64,000 nucleotides of DNA from Tubiluchus corallicola (lineage: Eukaryota; Animalia; Priapulida). A program made the position numbers and the translations under genes. The DNA is taken from the NCBI GenBank assembly GCA_030141605.1, contig JAQGDQ010000221.1, positions 186,001 to 250,000 on the forward strand. Reading direction: 5' to 3'. How positions within the stretch are numbered: position 1 is the first letter of the stretch; the number at the start of each line of letters is the position of its first letter. This document shows positions 25,001 to 39,699 of the stretch, in pieces. A model generated the notes under the pieces. That model was not told where the DNA came from, did no database searches, and was given only the letters and a program-made list of their open reading frames with translations.

Positions 25001-28000
25001 GCCAAATCTAATTAATGTTAGCAGACTAGATCATTGATAAAATCGATATAATGGTAAAAAATTTGTACTAAAAAATCCATAATACTGTACTTCAATGCCC
25101 CTGTTAACTGGTCCAAAGAAAATCTGGTTTATCTTGCACTCAAAATTCGGGTAACTGTCCCGCAAAGTGGGATAACGCATAGGCCCAATTGAAAGATACT
25201 GAAAACGCCTATAATAGCATGAATGAAGTTCCAAGTATAACTGGTTGAAAACGTGAATAATACGGACCAGATGGAAGATGGGATCTTGTTTAGAGTTCGT
25301 CCATCGTGGCTGTGCATTACTTAAGGCGCCTTCAAAGACTGCATTAGGCTGCCAGTGGTGTAGCTAGAGAATGTTAACTATGCTGGAATGTGCTGTAATA
25401 AGTGGTCATCTGAGAAAGCGCAACGGCAACAGCTGCGGATGTAATATAGCAGTTGAATGTACTGTAACGGCAACTGCACGACGACACATTTAATGTGATA
25501 ATTGCAAATGACTATGGCTATGGTTGTATTCGCAGTTTACATTAAGTTTATATGAACTCTTACGCCCACGAGGCGGGACAAAAAAACATTCTTCAAATCT
25601 CATACCTAAAACCAAGAATTTTCAGTTTAAGTAGATTTTTGATAAAATTTAAACTACGTGTTTGCCGAAGGCCTTTACAAAAAATTTCAAAACCAGTGAT
25701 ACATGTAGATCAGCCAGGCATTTCCAAACTTCTACCTAGAATACTCACATGTGTGAATTTCACACAGAAAACTTCAATTTTGAAAGACATTTTATCGTGT
25801 TTTGTAGTAAAAGAAAAAACAGTTTGGCGACAAACGGTAGACGAAGTTATAGACTTGGGTGATTAATGCACGTCATAATTATGACGATATGATTAATAGG
25901 ACGGTAGTAGTATGCATTTTGTACAATGTCCTTTGAATATATTTACCGAACAATTTGTCATGGAAGCAGGCGAAGTTCTGTGTGGCAAGAAACCAAGCAA
26001 CCCTGTCACGCATAGGCTTATAGGCCATTATCTTACCTACACTAAAAGAGAGCTAAAAATTTATCACTTACATACTGCCTTATTGCGCACAACTCTTGTA
26101 TTAGCAGTAACTGCATGAAACTTACAAATTTAAACTCCTGCGATGATTATTGGGCCGCTGCCATAGGTCGTTCGAAGCAAGTTTAAATAACATTGCTTAA
26201 AGTTTGAAAAGAATGATAGGTTGTAGGGCATACTTCACTAACTGATGCGAACTTTTTAAATTATTAAGAATTTTCATTTCTAGTTACAATAGTCTTTTAG
26301 GCACGTAAACGTAGTGTTAAGTAATATAACTTTGTGTAGATTGTTTTTGGGGACATACTTTAAAATTGTCTTTTCTTTCGATTTAAATTCTTTATTAGGA
26401 ATTTTGTAAACTTACGAAATGGTACAAGATTGTAGAACGCACCAGGGAAAGATTAGAAAGTCAAAAGTTTGCGTGACACATAATGTAATTCGGCAAAGTG
26501 AATTTCGAAAGTTTTCGTACAATATATATGATTTCACGTACTTTATGTTCGTTTTTTATTTAGTTAAACTGATAGTAAAGTCCAATATCCCACTAGGGCC
26601 TCCTGCTGATTTATGTTTCGCAATTAGAACGATGACCGACTGTGCAAAAGAAAAACCTCCACTTAATACCTACGACGATGATTAGCATCTGAAGTAGGAT
26701 AGTGTTGAAACAACTTTCAGTTAGAAACAGATTTGCCGTGGTCCTGGGAAAACAGCGCATTTTCAAACTCGCATGGGCGGTTGGCGTTTTGCCAGATCAA
26801 GTTCTCTGCCCTACAAGAGGTGTGGTGCACATTACTCAAACGAGCGCTATAATATGTCATGGTCAGGTTTCTCAACAAATCCCTTGAGGGGTATTAGAGT
26901 GTTTCCAGTGTCACTAACACGGTTCTACTTGCTTCATAAGAGACCAGTTATTTCTTTACTGATCTCGTGTAAGAGAAAATAATTTAGCTTTTTATTTAGA
27001 AATCATCGTCTTTTGATAATAACTACCTTTCTGTAAAAGTTTTATACAATACATAGGACATATTGTGAAGACTGCCATTTAAAGGAAGACTGGACGATTG
27101 TTTAGATTCAATCTCATTTTAATTTACTGTCAAAATATACATTTTCTTGCCTATAAAAGTTAACAATTGTTCCTTATATTTGAATAATTAGCTTAGAAAG
27201 TTAATTAATGGCAACCGAATACAGCTATAGCTTACGTCAGAAACTAACTACAGTTTGTGCAATAGCAGGCATCTTCCCTTGCGCGTCAAGCACATTTGCA
27301 TAGGTGTTACAGTACTGTTTAAACGCATGATTTCGCAAAAAATGGGCTCTACATCATGTGACGTCAGAAACTAATACAGCAGTTCATGATCATGCTTATC
27401 AGGGTACTGCCTTCTATTTGTCGGCCACGCGCACTTGACAAAAAGGTGCCGTTGCCAATCTTAATAGATTCACAGAGCCGCGCGTAGCTTTGAAAGTTTA
27501 CGAAATTTGAATTACCGAGGTAATTATTATTTAATCTAAGCTTTGATTTTAAAAAAAGCTATTGTAGTTTTCAATATTTTAGAGCATTCTTTATTCTGAA
27601 TGTTTACACAATCATCCGGTTTTCCTTTAATGACACATGCCCAGCCTTCTATGTCTGATCTGAAACCGTAAGTTTGAAGCTGTAAGCTAGAACCTAGATA
27701 TAATATTAATGGGAAGATTTCCGAATTTTAGGGCTACGCATACATATATTAAAGGCCCTTATTTGCATTTTTACGAATTACAGTATCTTATGTTTAGATT
27801 TCGAGTTTAGGCCTGTTTACAATAGCTTTTGATTATGTAGCGCTCAACATATCCCAATCTTCTAACAAAATCTGCTTTACCGTTCATTTTATATGCTTTT
27901 GGGCTTTACAGTTTTATGGTATCTTGCAACGTGATGATGCAACCTCTTTGAAACATTTATTGCAAATTTTGGTCAACTTGGTTATAGGCCTAATCTTACA

Positions 28001-30772
28001 TAAATTAAGAGGAACTAATGCTGAAATCTAAATGTGTTTTATCGTCTTTTTCACGCAAGAGTTCAGCGGAAACTCAGTTATTGTTAGTGCATTGCATTTA
28101 TTTAACCTTTAGTTGCACTAAATGAGCTATTTTATTCGCCCACTTTCACACTACGTAAAATGTTGCTTAAAAACTCAATCTACAGCTCATCTATTTCGCT
28201 TTCTGTACGTGTCTGTGTGGACGCAGTGGAAAAGCGGCCTTATGCGTATAATTTAAAAAACGGAATAACAGTCTTCTCACACCAAAAACATCAAGTTCTG
28301 CGAAACCACACAAAATCAGTGAAGCGTGATGTTTAATGTTGTGAATCTTCCCCGCCATTGAACGGCCGAGCTATAAAGTCAGTTTTTCGAAATAACTGTC
28401 GACAATTTGCGTAATTATTTCGATATTAGTTGTTAGCAACTTGGCAAAATGGCTGCAGCAATGAATTATAGCGGCAAGCGATCTGTGACAGGAAAAGATG
28501 GCTGCCGTTATACAGATCTTCACTAGTGCTCTAGTGTCATTGTGAAGTATGGAAGCCATTAGCCTGATCTTTCTGCCTGCTTGTCTGTAAATAAGCCGCG
28601 TGATTGAAATAAACACGATTTGAATCACAGCTTGGGGAGGGTTGATCCTGGAAACATTCCAAGCATACCGCTGTTGCAGAGAAAAAGAAAACCTGTTTTT
28701 TTAGCCACAGGAGGTCAGGAGCACGGTTCTTATGCCACATTAATTTCTTGGAAAAATAAAAAACTGATGTCTAAGGAGAAGACTCGGGTGTCGGGGATGC
28801 TTACCATGTACCTAATATAACTCGTGTATTTCAGACTGCTGCAACTAAGCAGGTCAAATCAATTAAAAATTGATTAAGAATTGCACTATAAAGAAACACA
28901 GAAGAAACACACGAAAACAAGGGTCTCAATTCAAATGTTTGGAGTTAGATTAGCAAGCCAGTACTTGGTATAGGACTTGCCTTAGTAAGTCAACGGTGCT
29001 CCAGTTTTTTCGTAGGCTCTGCCATCAGGCGCTTGTCAAACGCCAAAAAACAGGCTGTAGCTGAATTCGGAGTAAGAAAGATCGCTAGCACATTAAAGCT
29101 AGCGATTTGAAGCCACTACTCGCGAAGGAAAATTCCTGCCTGGAAAAATTTAACTGTTTGTTTTAAGTAAACGTTAATCGTGTGTTGTGACAAAATAAAA
29201 TGAATGGTGATGTTTCTGATGTGTTAACTTTGTCTAATTGGAGCAGTGAAATATTCTGCTCCAGCTCTGTAAATAGGAACAGTTTTCTCGCTGATATTAT
29301 GAATATTTTGAGAAAATATTAAGCAGACGTTTTAGGCAGATTATTTTGTTGACATCTGTTCGGTGGGCTTATTAAATTTCTGGGCTCGGTTAATGTGAAA
29401 CAGGTCGGATAGCATAAACAGATTGATAATATTGTAACGAAGAACGAACTGGCTACAGGCTGCCAAGAAACGGTACATCCGCTAGGTAGATAATTTTTCA
29501 AATAATTATGAAATCCATTTTCTGTTCTTATCACTTTTATCTCCAGAAAGCAAAAATCAACAAATTTCTTGAAGAAATTTACTGGAGTGATTTCTTGAAG
29601 AAATCAGTCGACACCAGTGCCATTGAGCACACAATTGTATAATTTCTCATCTCAGCCCAATTTATGGCTGTAACAGACGACAACAGCGTCGGTATCAGAG
29701 AATAAGTGGTTTTATTCAAATTAAATACACCTTTTCAGAGTTTTGTCGGTTTTTATCTATTTCTTTTGGTTTTTTATTTTCTGGCTTCTGTATACGACAA
29801 GCTATGTAAATTTTACACAATCAAATAAATTTGATTTGTTTTTTTACCTTAAGTTTACGTTTGTGCGTTTGACTATCAATTTTGTATGCTTATCAATTTT
29901 GACTTTTATTTCTTATTGGTCTCAGAGCCAATGTACTGTAATCATGATAATGCATCATAGTAAGCTTTGCATGCTTTAACAACCATTGATCAATTAATAA
30001 TAATAACACTATTATTTTTTGCAAAACACTGACACAATCCTAGTAGGCCTAGTGCTCCTTATGAAGCCAGCCAAGGTGGTGATGCACACTCTTTTGGTAT
30101 AGTTTCCATTAATTTTTTAAATGGTAAAAAGGTAGGTATATTTGGGCCTAGCGTGTCACGTACTCAAATAATTTATTACATGCAGTACTCAAAAAGCATG
30201 TTAATGAATTTTTTAGTAGTAAGAAATGGCGATTCTGCTTCTGGACGACTTTACAGGCTAAAGCTCGCATCCTCTTGTTGCTCGACATTCCTACGGCGGC
30301 CATGTTTACAAACGTGTGTGAGAGAACTGAAACAGCTGTCAATTCGCTGAATCGGCATACCCGCGGCTAAAACAGGCCGCCGATTCGTTTGTTGTTGTTG
30401 TTCTTCCTGCTGTGGACTTGTCTTCCCTCTGTCCATTCACCGTTGTTTTGTCTACACTCAGAAGAACGCCTACCACAACGCCAACTCTTGGAAGAACTCT
30501 CGACTGGCTTTATTAGAAATCTACGCCACTTATGAACCATCCTGGCCATATGATTTTTATGAAAGAAGCCATTTTATATCATTTTATGAAAAGAAGCGAA
30601 GAAGAATTTCGTGTTAATAATTGGGCTATGTCTATTAATTATTAATTAAGGAACAAAATAAGAATGTTTACAGACAAATAGTAGTCCATGAACTAATTAT
30701 TAAATACAAGGTCTTGAAGTGAAGATCGATGGTCCCCCTCTATCTCTGTCTCTTTTTTCTCTTAATTCTCTC

Positions 30773-30866
<94 letters not shown>

Positions 30867-33800
30867 TAGGTCGCTTTCCCACACTTATTTCTCTCTCTCT
30901 CTTTTTCAAGCCCCTTTCTGCTCACTCACATAACCCTCTCTCTTTCTAAATGTCATTTACTTCCCTTCGCTTTTGTTTTGCTCTTTCCTGTTATACGCTC
31001 TTTCTCGCAATAACCCATTCTCCCTTCCTTTCCGCCCCTTTCTTTATGTTCTCTCTCTCTCTCTCTTCTCTTTCTTTCTTACTTTTCTCCCTCTCTCTCA
31101 CAATTTTCTCCATCCTCCTATCTACTTCTATCTCTGCCAAGTTTCCTCTCTCTTTCCCTCTGTGCTAGTATTTTTCTTTACTGACTTCTCTCTCTTTCTT
31201 TCATACAGACTCGCTACTCAGAAGACAGCATTTTCGTGCCGCTTTACATAAACACTTTCAGTTGTTTTCCTGCATAAGTAAAGAGTTAGCATCCGCGTGT
31301 ACAGAGTGGATAAAGTTACCAGAGCACAGCGGCAGCTGGTCTTGCATAGCTATCTTTTTTGACAAGTTGAAGGCAAACGCAAACCTCTGCTGCATTTACG
31401 AACTCTGCAAGCGTCTCCGCATTTCATTTATACGCCAAAGCTAGGAGAAGCAGCCTCAGACGTAGTATAAATTACGTTACTGTAGTAAACTATGGATCAT
31501 TTTATGATTTTCATCGAATTTCCAGTGTGTGGTAATAATATACAATGACTATTACTATTACCAAACACCTACCAGAGAGTTACAGCGTAAAATTTTGTGG
31601 GTAAAATAAATTCTTTCAAAGATGCGAAAGAAGCAATTAGATTTATTGAAATATAGCACTCGGTAGTTCGTCACAGACCATTTTATTTTCTCAGTAACTA
31701 TTATAGCACAATTACAGCGATTTAACAGTCAGAAGTACGTAAAGAATGTAAACAGACATCTGTAGACTTTTATTAGACAGCGGAAAAATGTAAAGCTTTC
31801 CAGTTATTGTGCCAAGTCCATAATAATAGTGACCATTAATTGTGTCTATAATAGTAGTGATCGCATCGGAATATCACGAATTCTTGTTAATAATTGGGAT
31901 GTTTCCAAGGATTAAGGATAAAAATCCTTATGTAAATATGTTTTTATAGAGATAGTGCGCAATATATAAAGCACAAAGTCTGGATATGAAGAACAATTGA
32001 CATCACACACTCAAAATAACAAAAAGAACACCAACGACGAGAAAACGACTTTCCTCGCTGAGTGATACTTTTAAGATGATATATTATGAGATGTAGACTA
32101 AAAATCAGTTGTGTTCTGAAAAGACGGTTTTCGCACTGTCCTTTCGACATAGGATAACCTATTTATTGATGCAGGCTAAGGGCTTATTACTTATCTGCAG
32201 AATTCTCAACCAAAAACTGTTTGTTTCTTTGAAAATTACAGTCTACAATTTCATCTTTTTATTCTAGCCCCTTATCCCGAGTAGAAATTGGTTGTGTTTT
32301 TAGCTCAAACACAAGCGGTAGTGAACTTTTGACCACATCGTGCTTCTCAGCTACCATTTATTGCTCCTGGAGCACCAAATCATGGCCCGTAGCAGAGCCT
32401 ATATTGCTCCTATATTTATTTCGACAGCATGTTAAAGGGGATTATGGTTTACCCTGGTTAGTGATGTGTTTACAGCGTGCAGCTGTCTTGCATCCTAACA
32501 TCATTTAGATAGTTGCAGTGTCTTGTTTCTCCTTGCACTGATTTTCTGATAGTCTAAAACTAAATAGGTTAACAACATTGACGGTGTTTGTTTTCGTAGA
32601 ATTTTGTAGCCGCTAACCTAAATTATTTATCATAGCGATGGCGTTGCAGTAGTTATTAGAAAACTGTCGAAGATAAGACGTCATAAAATGTCACAAAATC
32701 GGCTTGCGACCTCTTTAAAGGAAAAAGGTTTGGGAACAGCAAGTTTGCTTTTAGCAATGCGAAGCTAAATATACAAATATGCCTGTTCGCAATCTCTGGA
32801 GTGTCTTTTCGCACTGGGTGTTATTGGCCTTTTTTGTCTACCATCAATAGTTCAAGGTTGCTAAATGCAGTAGAGCACCACAGACAAAAAGATAAAAGTT
32901 TGGCAGATAAAACAGTTCTTGGCTGTTCTTCTACTGGGCAATCATTAATCTACTTATTAACAGGACCCAGCAATACCTTCCTTGTGTTGCATACACATCA
33001 ACCACTCAGCCATGGCACGCTCAAATGGCGATTAATGTTTGCACTAAATTTAAAGGGCACACTTTTGGATTTATCTTGGACTCTGTAGACACATGAACCA
33101 CAGATTTTAACCATGGAACCTACAGCTGTGACTCACATGTTAATCCCCAAATAAAACGTTTTAATTGGAGCTGCTGAAATAGTTTTTGTTTACGTTAAAC
33201 GAGAAAAAATGAGGGTGGCATAACTGTGCTCTCACGTGTCGCCGAAAATAAGTTTAATGAGGGTGCTGCTGATGATGTGAGTGACTGTGAGTAACACGTG
33301 CTGGGCTTGTGTTTAACACTTTTTAACTATTAATGCATTTCTGGCTTTGTTTATGTGCTGATTACCACTGTTTGGTGGCGCGAAAGTAGTATCAATAAAC
33401 AAAGTTAGGAGGATAAGAACAGTGACGAAAATATTTCTGTTATGTCAGTCAGATTCAACTTAATTGGCGTTCCAAGCATGTCTGTCGGATCTGGACAGTA
33501 ACAAGCTCATCTACGTTCTCCGGCCAGAAGAGACGGACGGGTATCTGAAAGTGAAACTATTCAGGTTACAATTCTAACATAATTGCGATGTTAGTTGTTG
33601 GGGGACACAACTTCCAATCCACTTCTATCTGATGCATCGAGCCTATTAAGGAGAGGAATTTCAAATTAATATCTCTTAAATTTTCATGTAGATGATTTTC
33701 TTTTTTATTTCATTTAATAAGGCATCATCAATTTCATAATTGTTTATAATTTTATAATTGATAATTTTATCTTATCATCAATAGCTATAATTATAAAACT

Positions 33801-35970
33801 AATTTTGTGGACAGAGTACACGACCACATACTGTGAGAATTTTTTAAACAGTTGCAGAATATTACAATAAAAACAGTATGAGAACCTACTGCTAATGTTG
33901 AATGACTGTGCTAGAATTAGATGTCAGCTCAATTTCCAGCATAACCGGTCAAGATGAGACAGAAGAGATGTCTAATTTGTTTTGAATATAAATGTCCTGC
34001 CTCACCAAAAGGCCCAAAAGCAGAGCTCGGAAGTCAATTCACTAACCACGCCAAGTCTTCTTGTCACAAGGTCATCTCCAACCGACCGCTTAATACACTA
34101 ATAACACAAAACTATCTCTTTCTAGAGTAAGCCAGATGCTAGCTAACTGATAGCAGCTCATGTAATTCTCATGATTGTGTTTTATAGTTCGTTTATCAAG
34201 ACATGTGCTACGTCGTGTATATAAATATGTGCACCCTGTAGTGGAATTCTGCCATTATTTGAATGTACTGTTGTTATTTCATAGCCGTTTAAACGAGCTG
34301 CCATTTTGTTTGCTTTTTTACACAGATCGTTTTCGAGGATGTGATAGCAGAGCCAGATGGCACGCACAGCTTCGACGGATGTTGGTGCGTCAGCAAGGGC
34401 GTCTTTCAATGTACACGCAACTGGATGTACAGAGTGCTGGCCTGCATAATTGGCATACCCTGTGGACTCTTCTGGGGATGTAACTTTGCCTTGCTTCAGC
34501 TGTCTTACATCTGGTGTTACGGACCATGCGTGAAATACACTACTGTCAAATTGACATGGTTCGGAGAGGTAATGATACAAAACTGTGTTACACACCAAAA
34601 AGTTTGTCGAGAGGCCGGGAAAGAATCGAATCACACATTAACGTTTTCTAACCAGTCTCAAAAGTATTTTAACTTAACGATATGAAAAAGCAGCAAAAAT
34701 AACAGCTGCAGGTTCATCGGATCCTTACAAAGGAAGCCACTGAATGGGCAAGACCGCACTTGTCCTCTGACTTCTAAATACGTGTATGACCAGCAACTGT
34801 AGTGCAACTTTACTTTTGTACAATACGTGTAATGTATTCTGATTGAAATTCCAGTTTCTTTAGATAGAAAAGCAGTCATACGTACAATACATTATTATGC
34901 AAGTAATGTATTTTGGTTGAAATTCCAATTTCTTTAGATAGAAAAGCAAACATATACCCCCAGAGATACATTTTCTGGTAAGCTTTATTCTATTGTCAGT
35001 AAGTGTGGCTGACCAAAGTTTGAAAAAAATGGACCCCGATCCCAGAGTTTTTTCCACTTCATTTATATCTTGTAAAATCTAAAAAAGAGTGCCATAGAAC
35101 AACCAGCTACCAGACAGTTTTGCATTGTTCACCACTTCAACTACATGTTTGTTTACGCAGCAGTTTCAGAATTTCGAAGTTAAGAGCTATTTTGAAGCTT
35201 CAATTTGCAAAACTTTTCAGAAACTGTAGCCAATTCTTGTCGAACCCTGAGATGGCTGACTAAACACAATACGTATTATGTAGTCAAAGCTACATTGGCT
35301 CAGCTTGCTTAAGTGAGAAGCACAGATGCTGCAATACCAGTAAAAATTATACTCTGATGTCTTGGCGGCATCATTTATGTACTCACAACTAAGTAAAAAG
35401 TGTGCCTACTAGTGTGTTCAAAAGTAACGGCAGCAAAACGTCAAGAATTTCAAAGGGATTGTGTAAAACTGAGTGATACACATATTTCTCTCAGAAAAGG
35501 AAAGCTGTCTTTTAAGAAATGAACGAGGAATCATATATGCAAGTACCTAGTAGTGTGTAAAAAAGAGTTTTCAAGTGAGCATCTCATATATACCATTAAT
35601 TGAAATGTAAACGTAGAACTGCAATTGTGTAAAAACAGAAGTATTTGATAAAGCATTTGCATTTTAATTCCATCTGCATGCAACTAGTTATATTTTGTAT
35701 TTGTAAAAAGGCGAAATGATACTGCATTTTTGGCATTTATATCTAGCAAACTAAATGTACATTAACAGCTACTGCTAATGCCACTTGAGTAAAAATTTGT
35801 GCCTATGTAAAACTAAATTTATTTTATGTATTTTTATTTTATTACAGATTTGGAGTTTGGTTGTACGCACAATCCTGGATCCATTATTTGATTCCATCGG
35901 CAGGTGTTTTAACGGTATACGAGTTGAACGAAGAGTGACAACACTGAAGGGAGACGAGCACATTGCTTAA
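21411..35970 (+). CDS. CAV: Caveolin with long charged N-terminal extension, ~326 aa; coding exons 21411-22025, 34326-34568, 35848-35970
   Basis: DRD..VNELVK|IVFEDVIAEPDGTHSFDGCW caveolin signature, hydrophobic hairpin, C-terminal DPLFDSIGRCF; phase-0 GT-AG junctions; the intron after VK matches the vertebrate CAV1 position. Confidence 0.9.
23536..23700 (+). repeat. Dispersed repeat, copy A (copy B at ~25570-25735)
   Basis: AATCTCATACCTAAAACCAAGAATTT..CAGTTTAAGTA shared between both sites. Confidence 0.8.
24740..25140. mobile_element. Foldback/palindromic MITE-like element, ~170-bp arms
   Basis: GGGCACTAAAGTGCAGTATTATGG...TCCAAGTACTC is mirrored by GAGTACTTGGA...CCATAATACTGTACTTCAATGCCC. 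Confidence 0.8.
25570..25735 (+). repeat. Dispersed repeat, copy B
   Basis: Direct repeat of 23536-23700. Confidence 0.8.
27079..27630. mobile_element. TTAA-flanked MITE (Kolobok-like), copy 2, inverted relative to copy 1
   Basis: ttaaAGGAAGACTGGACGATTG ... CAATCATCCGGTTTTCCTttaa; reverse complement of 11853-12313 with an ~90-bp extra internal segment. Confidence 0.78.
30735..31200. repeat. (CT)n microsatellite and pyrimidine-rich tract
   Basis: Seen directly. Confidence 0.95.
34326..34568 (+). CDS. CAV: Caveolin coding exon 2 (signature, scaffolding and membrane domains)
   Basis: FEDVIAEP motif; cacag acceptor, gag|gtaatg donor. Confidence 0.95.
35848..35970 (+). CDS. CAV: Caveolin terminal exon
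   Basis: IWSLVVRTILDPLFDSIGRCFNGIRVERRVTTLKGDEHIA*; ttacag acceptor. Confidence 0.92.
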   Translation: MWSLVVRTILDPLFDSIGRCFNGIRVERRVTTLKGDEHIA

Positions 35971-38900
35971 TATCAGTTGTAGATTTGGTAGAAGAGTTAT
36001 TAATCTAAAACTAAGTATCCTACCAATATGGGACAAATTCTGTTTCACTACAGTCACTTTAAATTTAGGTTTTTGTAAAGTTTTTGGTCAAGTTAAACTA
36101 TTCTAAAATGTACTTGATTGTATGCAAACACTTTTTACTGTGGAATGTATTTTCTTAATTATTTATAATACTGATTTTTAAGGTAAGTTCTGTTTCCAAA
36201 AAATGTATACTATATAAAGTAGGCAACAGATACCTTCTGTCTCACCAGATGTGACCTCTTTTGTCATACATAATTTGCAAGCTCAGGACTGCACCAGCAG
36301 CGGCTTCCAATTTATCAAAGATGAATGTTACTGGCACTTTACAATGTAGTAGTGATGATTTAATGTTGCGGGATATTTTAAAATTTAGTGATTTTTGTGT
36401 TGCCACACTTAAGACCAGCTTGGTGGCTGACAATGAGGTATGCACTTTGCATGCGGCATGCAAAAAACTGCAGCAGAGGCACATTACGTCATGATGATGG
36501 ACCCTCTCAAAAATACAACAATCAATAAAAAAGGAACATGGCAATATGAGACGTTTGTTGCGACGTTAACACAGAAACAATCGATCTCTGCAACATCATA
36601 AATTCACAGGTGTTCAGATTTTTTTGAAAAACTGTAAAATTTATCAACTGCAATTATTGATATTTGAACTACAGTAAGTGAAGTAAGTGAAGCATCATTC
36701 GGCTTCCTAGGTCACTTATTTGTTAAGTGAATTGTTGTATTTGGCAAATAACAAACTGGTCTTTAAGTTTGTTATGTAAACTTCCACACGTGCATTATGG
36801 TACACTGGTGCTAGATTTATATACTGCCACAAAGCCACTCATTAATCTTTATTGAAAATGTATTATTTTTTGTAATATAAATGAAAATATTGTTTACGTA
36901 TGATAATCGTAGGAAAAAATCGTTTGTTTTTGTCTCAGTCAGCTATTCAGTGTGTGAGTTATTTATGTAGAGTATAGTTTATCATATAACAAAAACAATT
37001 AGCTGCAATTTTGATAGGTCTGCTGGTTTATATATGTACAGAATCTTTATACAAGTGTGCGATTTTAAGTTTTTATAGCTCCGTTTTTGTGCGTGGTAAA
37101 ACTAATTTGTAAAAATGACTTAATGACAAATGTGGAAGGATTTATTATGTGCCTATACCGTCTTGCAGTTAATATTCAAAATACTCACCAATCTTATGCT
37201 TATGTAATGCGATTCTAATGATAATTAGGCCGTAATAATTTAATATTAAAAGCAATGCATGCATATTCCATTGCCAAACTATTTTAAACTAGTCCGAAAT
37301 GTGAAGCGTTGAGTTACTCGCTTGCCGTAAATGTACATACTTCAGTAACTTGTAGCTGTCAGTAGCTTCAGTAGCTATCAAACTTTAATGATAAGCTATG
37401 TTTCTAATGACGCCCTTCCGTGAATTTCTGTAAGTCATTCAAAAATTTCTCTGCAATAGTACCTTACTGTGACGTTAAAATATTCAAAAAATTACCCTGC
37501 AACACAGGACAATACACACAACATGCAATAAAACAACAGCAATCAAAAAGCAGTTTCCACAATATTGAAACTGCGTGAAATGGCAGACGCTAATAAATCC
37601 GCCTACTGATGATCTATAATATGCGAATATTCCACATAGTCTTGCTTTTTGCTCCTAAAATGCTGGCAATAATGCAAGAACATTCTGCATAGTCTTTGTT
37701 TGCTGCTGTCGAAATGATGGTGCATAAGCGGCAGATATAGTTGCCGTAAAATCTAAATTTGCGAAAATTTGACAAGCAGCTTTGCCTCACAATGAGAAAA
37801 TGCCAAATTTTGTATTACATGAACAACGAGAACGAAACTGTCAACTGAACGGCATTATAGAGTTATTCGCAAGCGAGTAGCACAATCAATGAAAACTGTA
37901 ATTAAACTGTACAAGGACTTCTATAAGGACCCTTTGGCTTGCTTTGTATAAAGCCGTAAATACTGTAGAAAACAATGCAATTGAAAATGACAATACTGAA
38001 GGGTTTGAATTAAAAAAATTTTCATGCTTGTATAGCAGATTAGTAATCACTTCCTCGCAGGTTGTCATGACTAATAACGAGTACAATCTAGTTCATAGAG
38101 CAGTGCATGTTAGTATTAAGCCCACAGATGTAGTGAATAGCTGAATACATTGGATGAGCCTGGAAAGTCAGGGTACATTTCTAATGGCAATGTGTATTAA
38201 TAAATTAGCTCTATAAAGACATTAATAGCATCTCTATACAATAGGTAATAATCATATTGTAAAGATCGTTTTCCTGTAATGTTTTACATAATGTACTTTT
38301 ACATAAGTGTTACGTATCTGATAATTTTCTATTTTTATATGCAGAATTTTCATTTTTATTTGTTTAAATTTCATATGTAGTGCGACTCTACTATCGTTTC
38401 AGTTTTAAAGGACAATTCTTATAAGTTATAGATTCAGTTGTAATTAATTTATTTAATTAAACAATCACGGAAAAAATACAAAATTATAAACCATCATCTA
38501 TTAATCAATTTTTGCCTTAGAAAGTTTTTATAAATATCTTATCTAGAAAAGTTTCAAAACTTATTATTTATTATATACTTATGATAATCACTTTTTATGC
38601 ATTAATATTTAGCATAGGAGAATAAAACATATTAATAGAAACAACACTTTTGGTTTTTAATTTACTTAGTAGATAATTTAGCAACTAATCCTAAATAATA
38701 ATAACTGTAATAATACACAGAATGGTACAAAATCATGCAACAAATGAGTTTTTTCCTGAAACATTATCATATTAAGTAATTCTCTGATTACATTTAACTG
38801 CCATAAATATTGCAATATTAAGAGAGTTCTGTACATACTGCAACTTTTTTAACTTGTAAGCAAACCCAGTCTGAGTAATTTTATGTTAAGCAAAAGTGTC

Positions 38901-39699
38901 AAATAAATTACTACTAAAACTCCTTTGGAAGAAAGGCAAGATAGTAACAAAATACGGTTTAATTTAAATGACAATAATGATGCATAATAACTATTAAATG
39001 ACAAGAGAGACAAGCACTCATGTTAATTATCTCCTTTGTCATTTGTATACCCAAACATATTGTGTATTACACACTGAGGGCTGCTGACCAGTTGATGCAA
39101 AATGCACTCAATGTCATGACAAATGAAACCGTGAAAAAAATATTTCTTGGTTTGTGCCAGGATGCAACTATTACATTAAGAAAGCAAAATGCGAATTTTC
39201 CTTTTTGAATTTAATAATACAGTAAGTGGAAAATTTTAGACTGTACTTTACAGTCTGGACAAGCTAAAGATATGTCTAAGTGAGGAGTGTGGCAAAGTGT
39301 ATTGCACTCTGGAAGCCTAAACAATCACAAGAGAAATATGTGGAAAACGATGTACAAACGTGTGAGAGCGTTTTTCGAAGTAATGCGTTTTGTCTTGAGA
39401 TAAGGATATACCATTGAGGGATACCGTAGATTTTAATTCCGTTCGTGTGAGTGACACGTTTGGAAACGGTATGTTTACCCTTGTAAGCATTTTTCCGAGA
39501 TTTTCAGACTTTACCCTATAATACCCATTTCGTATAAAAATTGCCTGGATATTAATATTAGCAAGACAAACAAGAAGAACAGTGAAACTGTTGATATAAT
39601 ACTGGACTGAACAGGCGGGAAACTGGCTGAAACGGACAATACAAAAAAAATCGAGTGCCATTCTTTGTTTTGTCTTAAAAATACAAATATTTATGTGTG

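Noticed and set aside
30719-31251. SL-rich hydrophobic ORFs
   Set aside because: (CT)n microsatellite artefacts
36242-36620. Cys/His-containing ORFs downstream of the caveolin stop (THAP-like?)
   Set aside because: No coherent motif spacing in any frame; probably 3' UTR or decayed repeat
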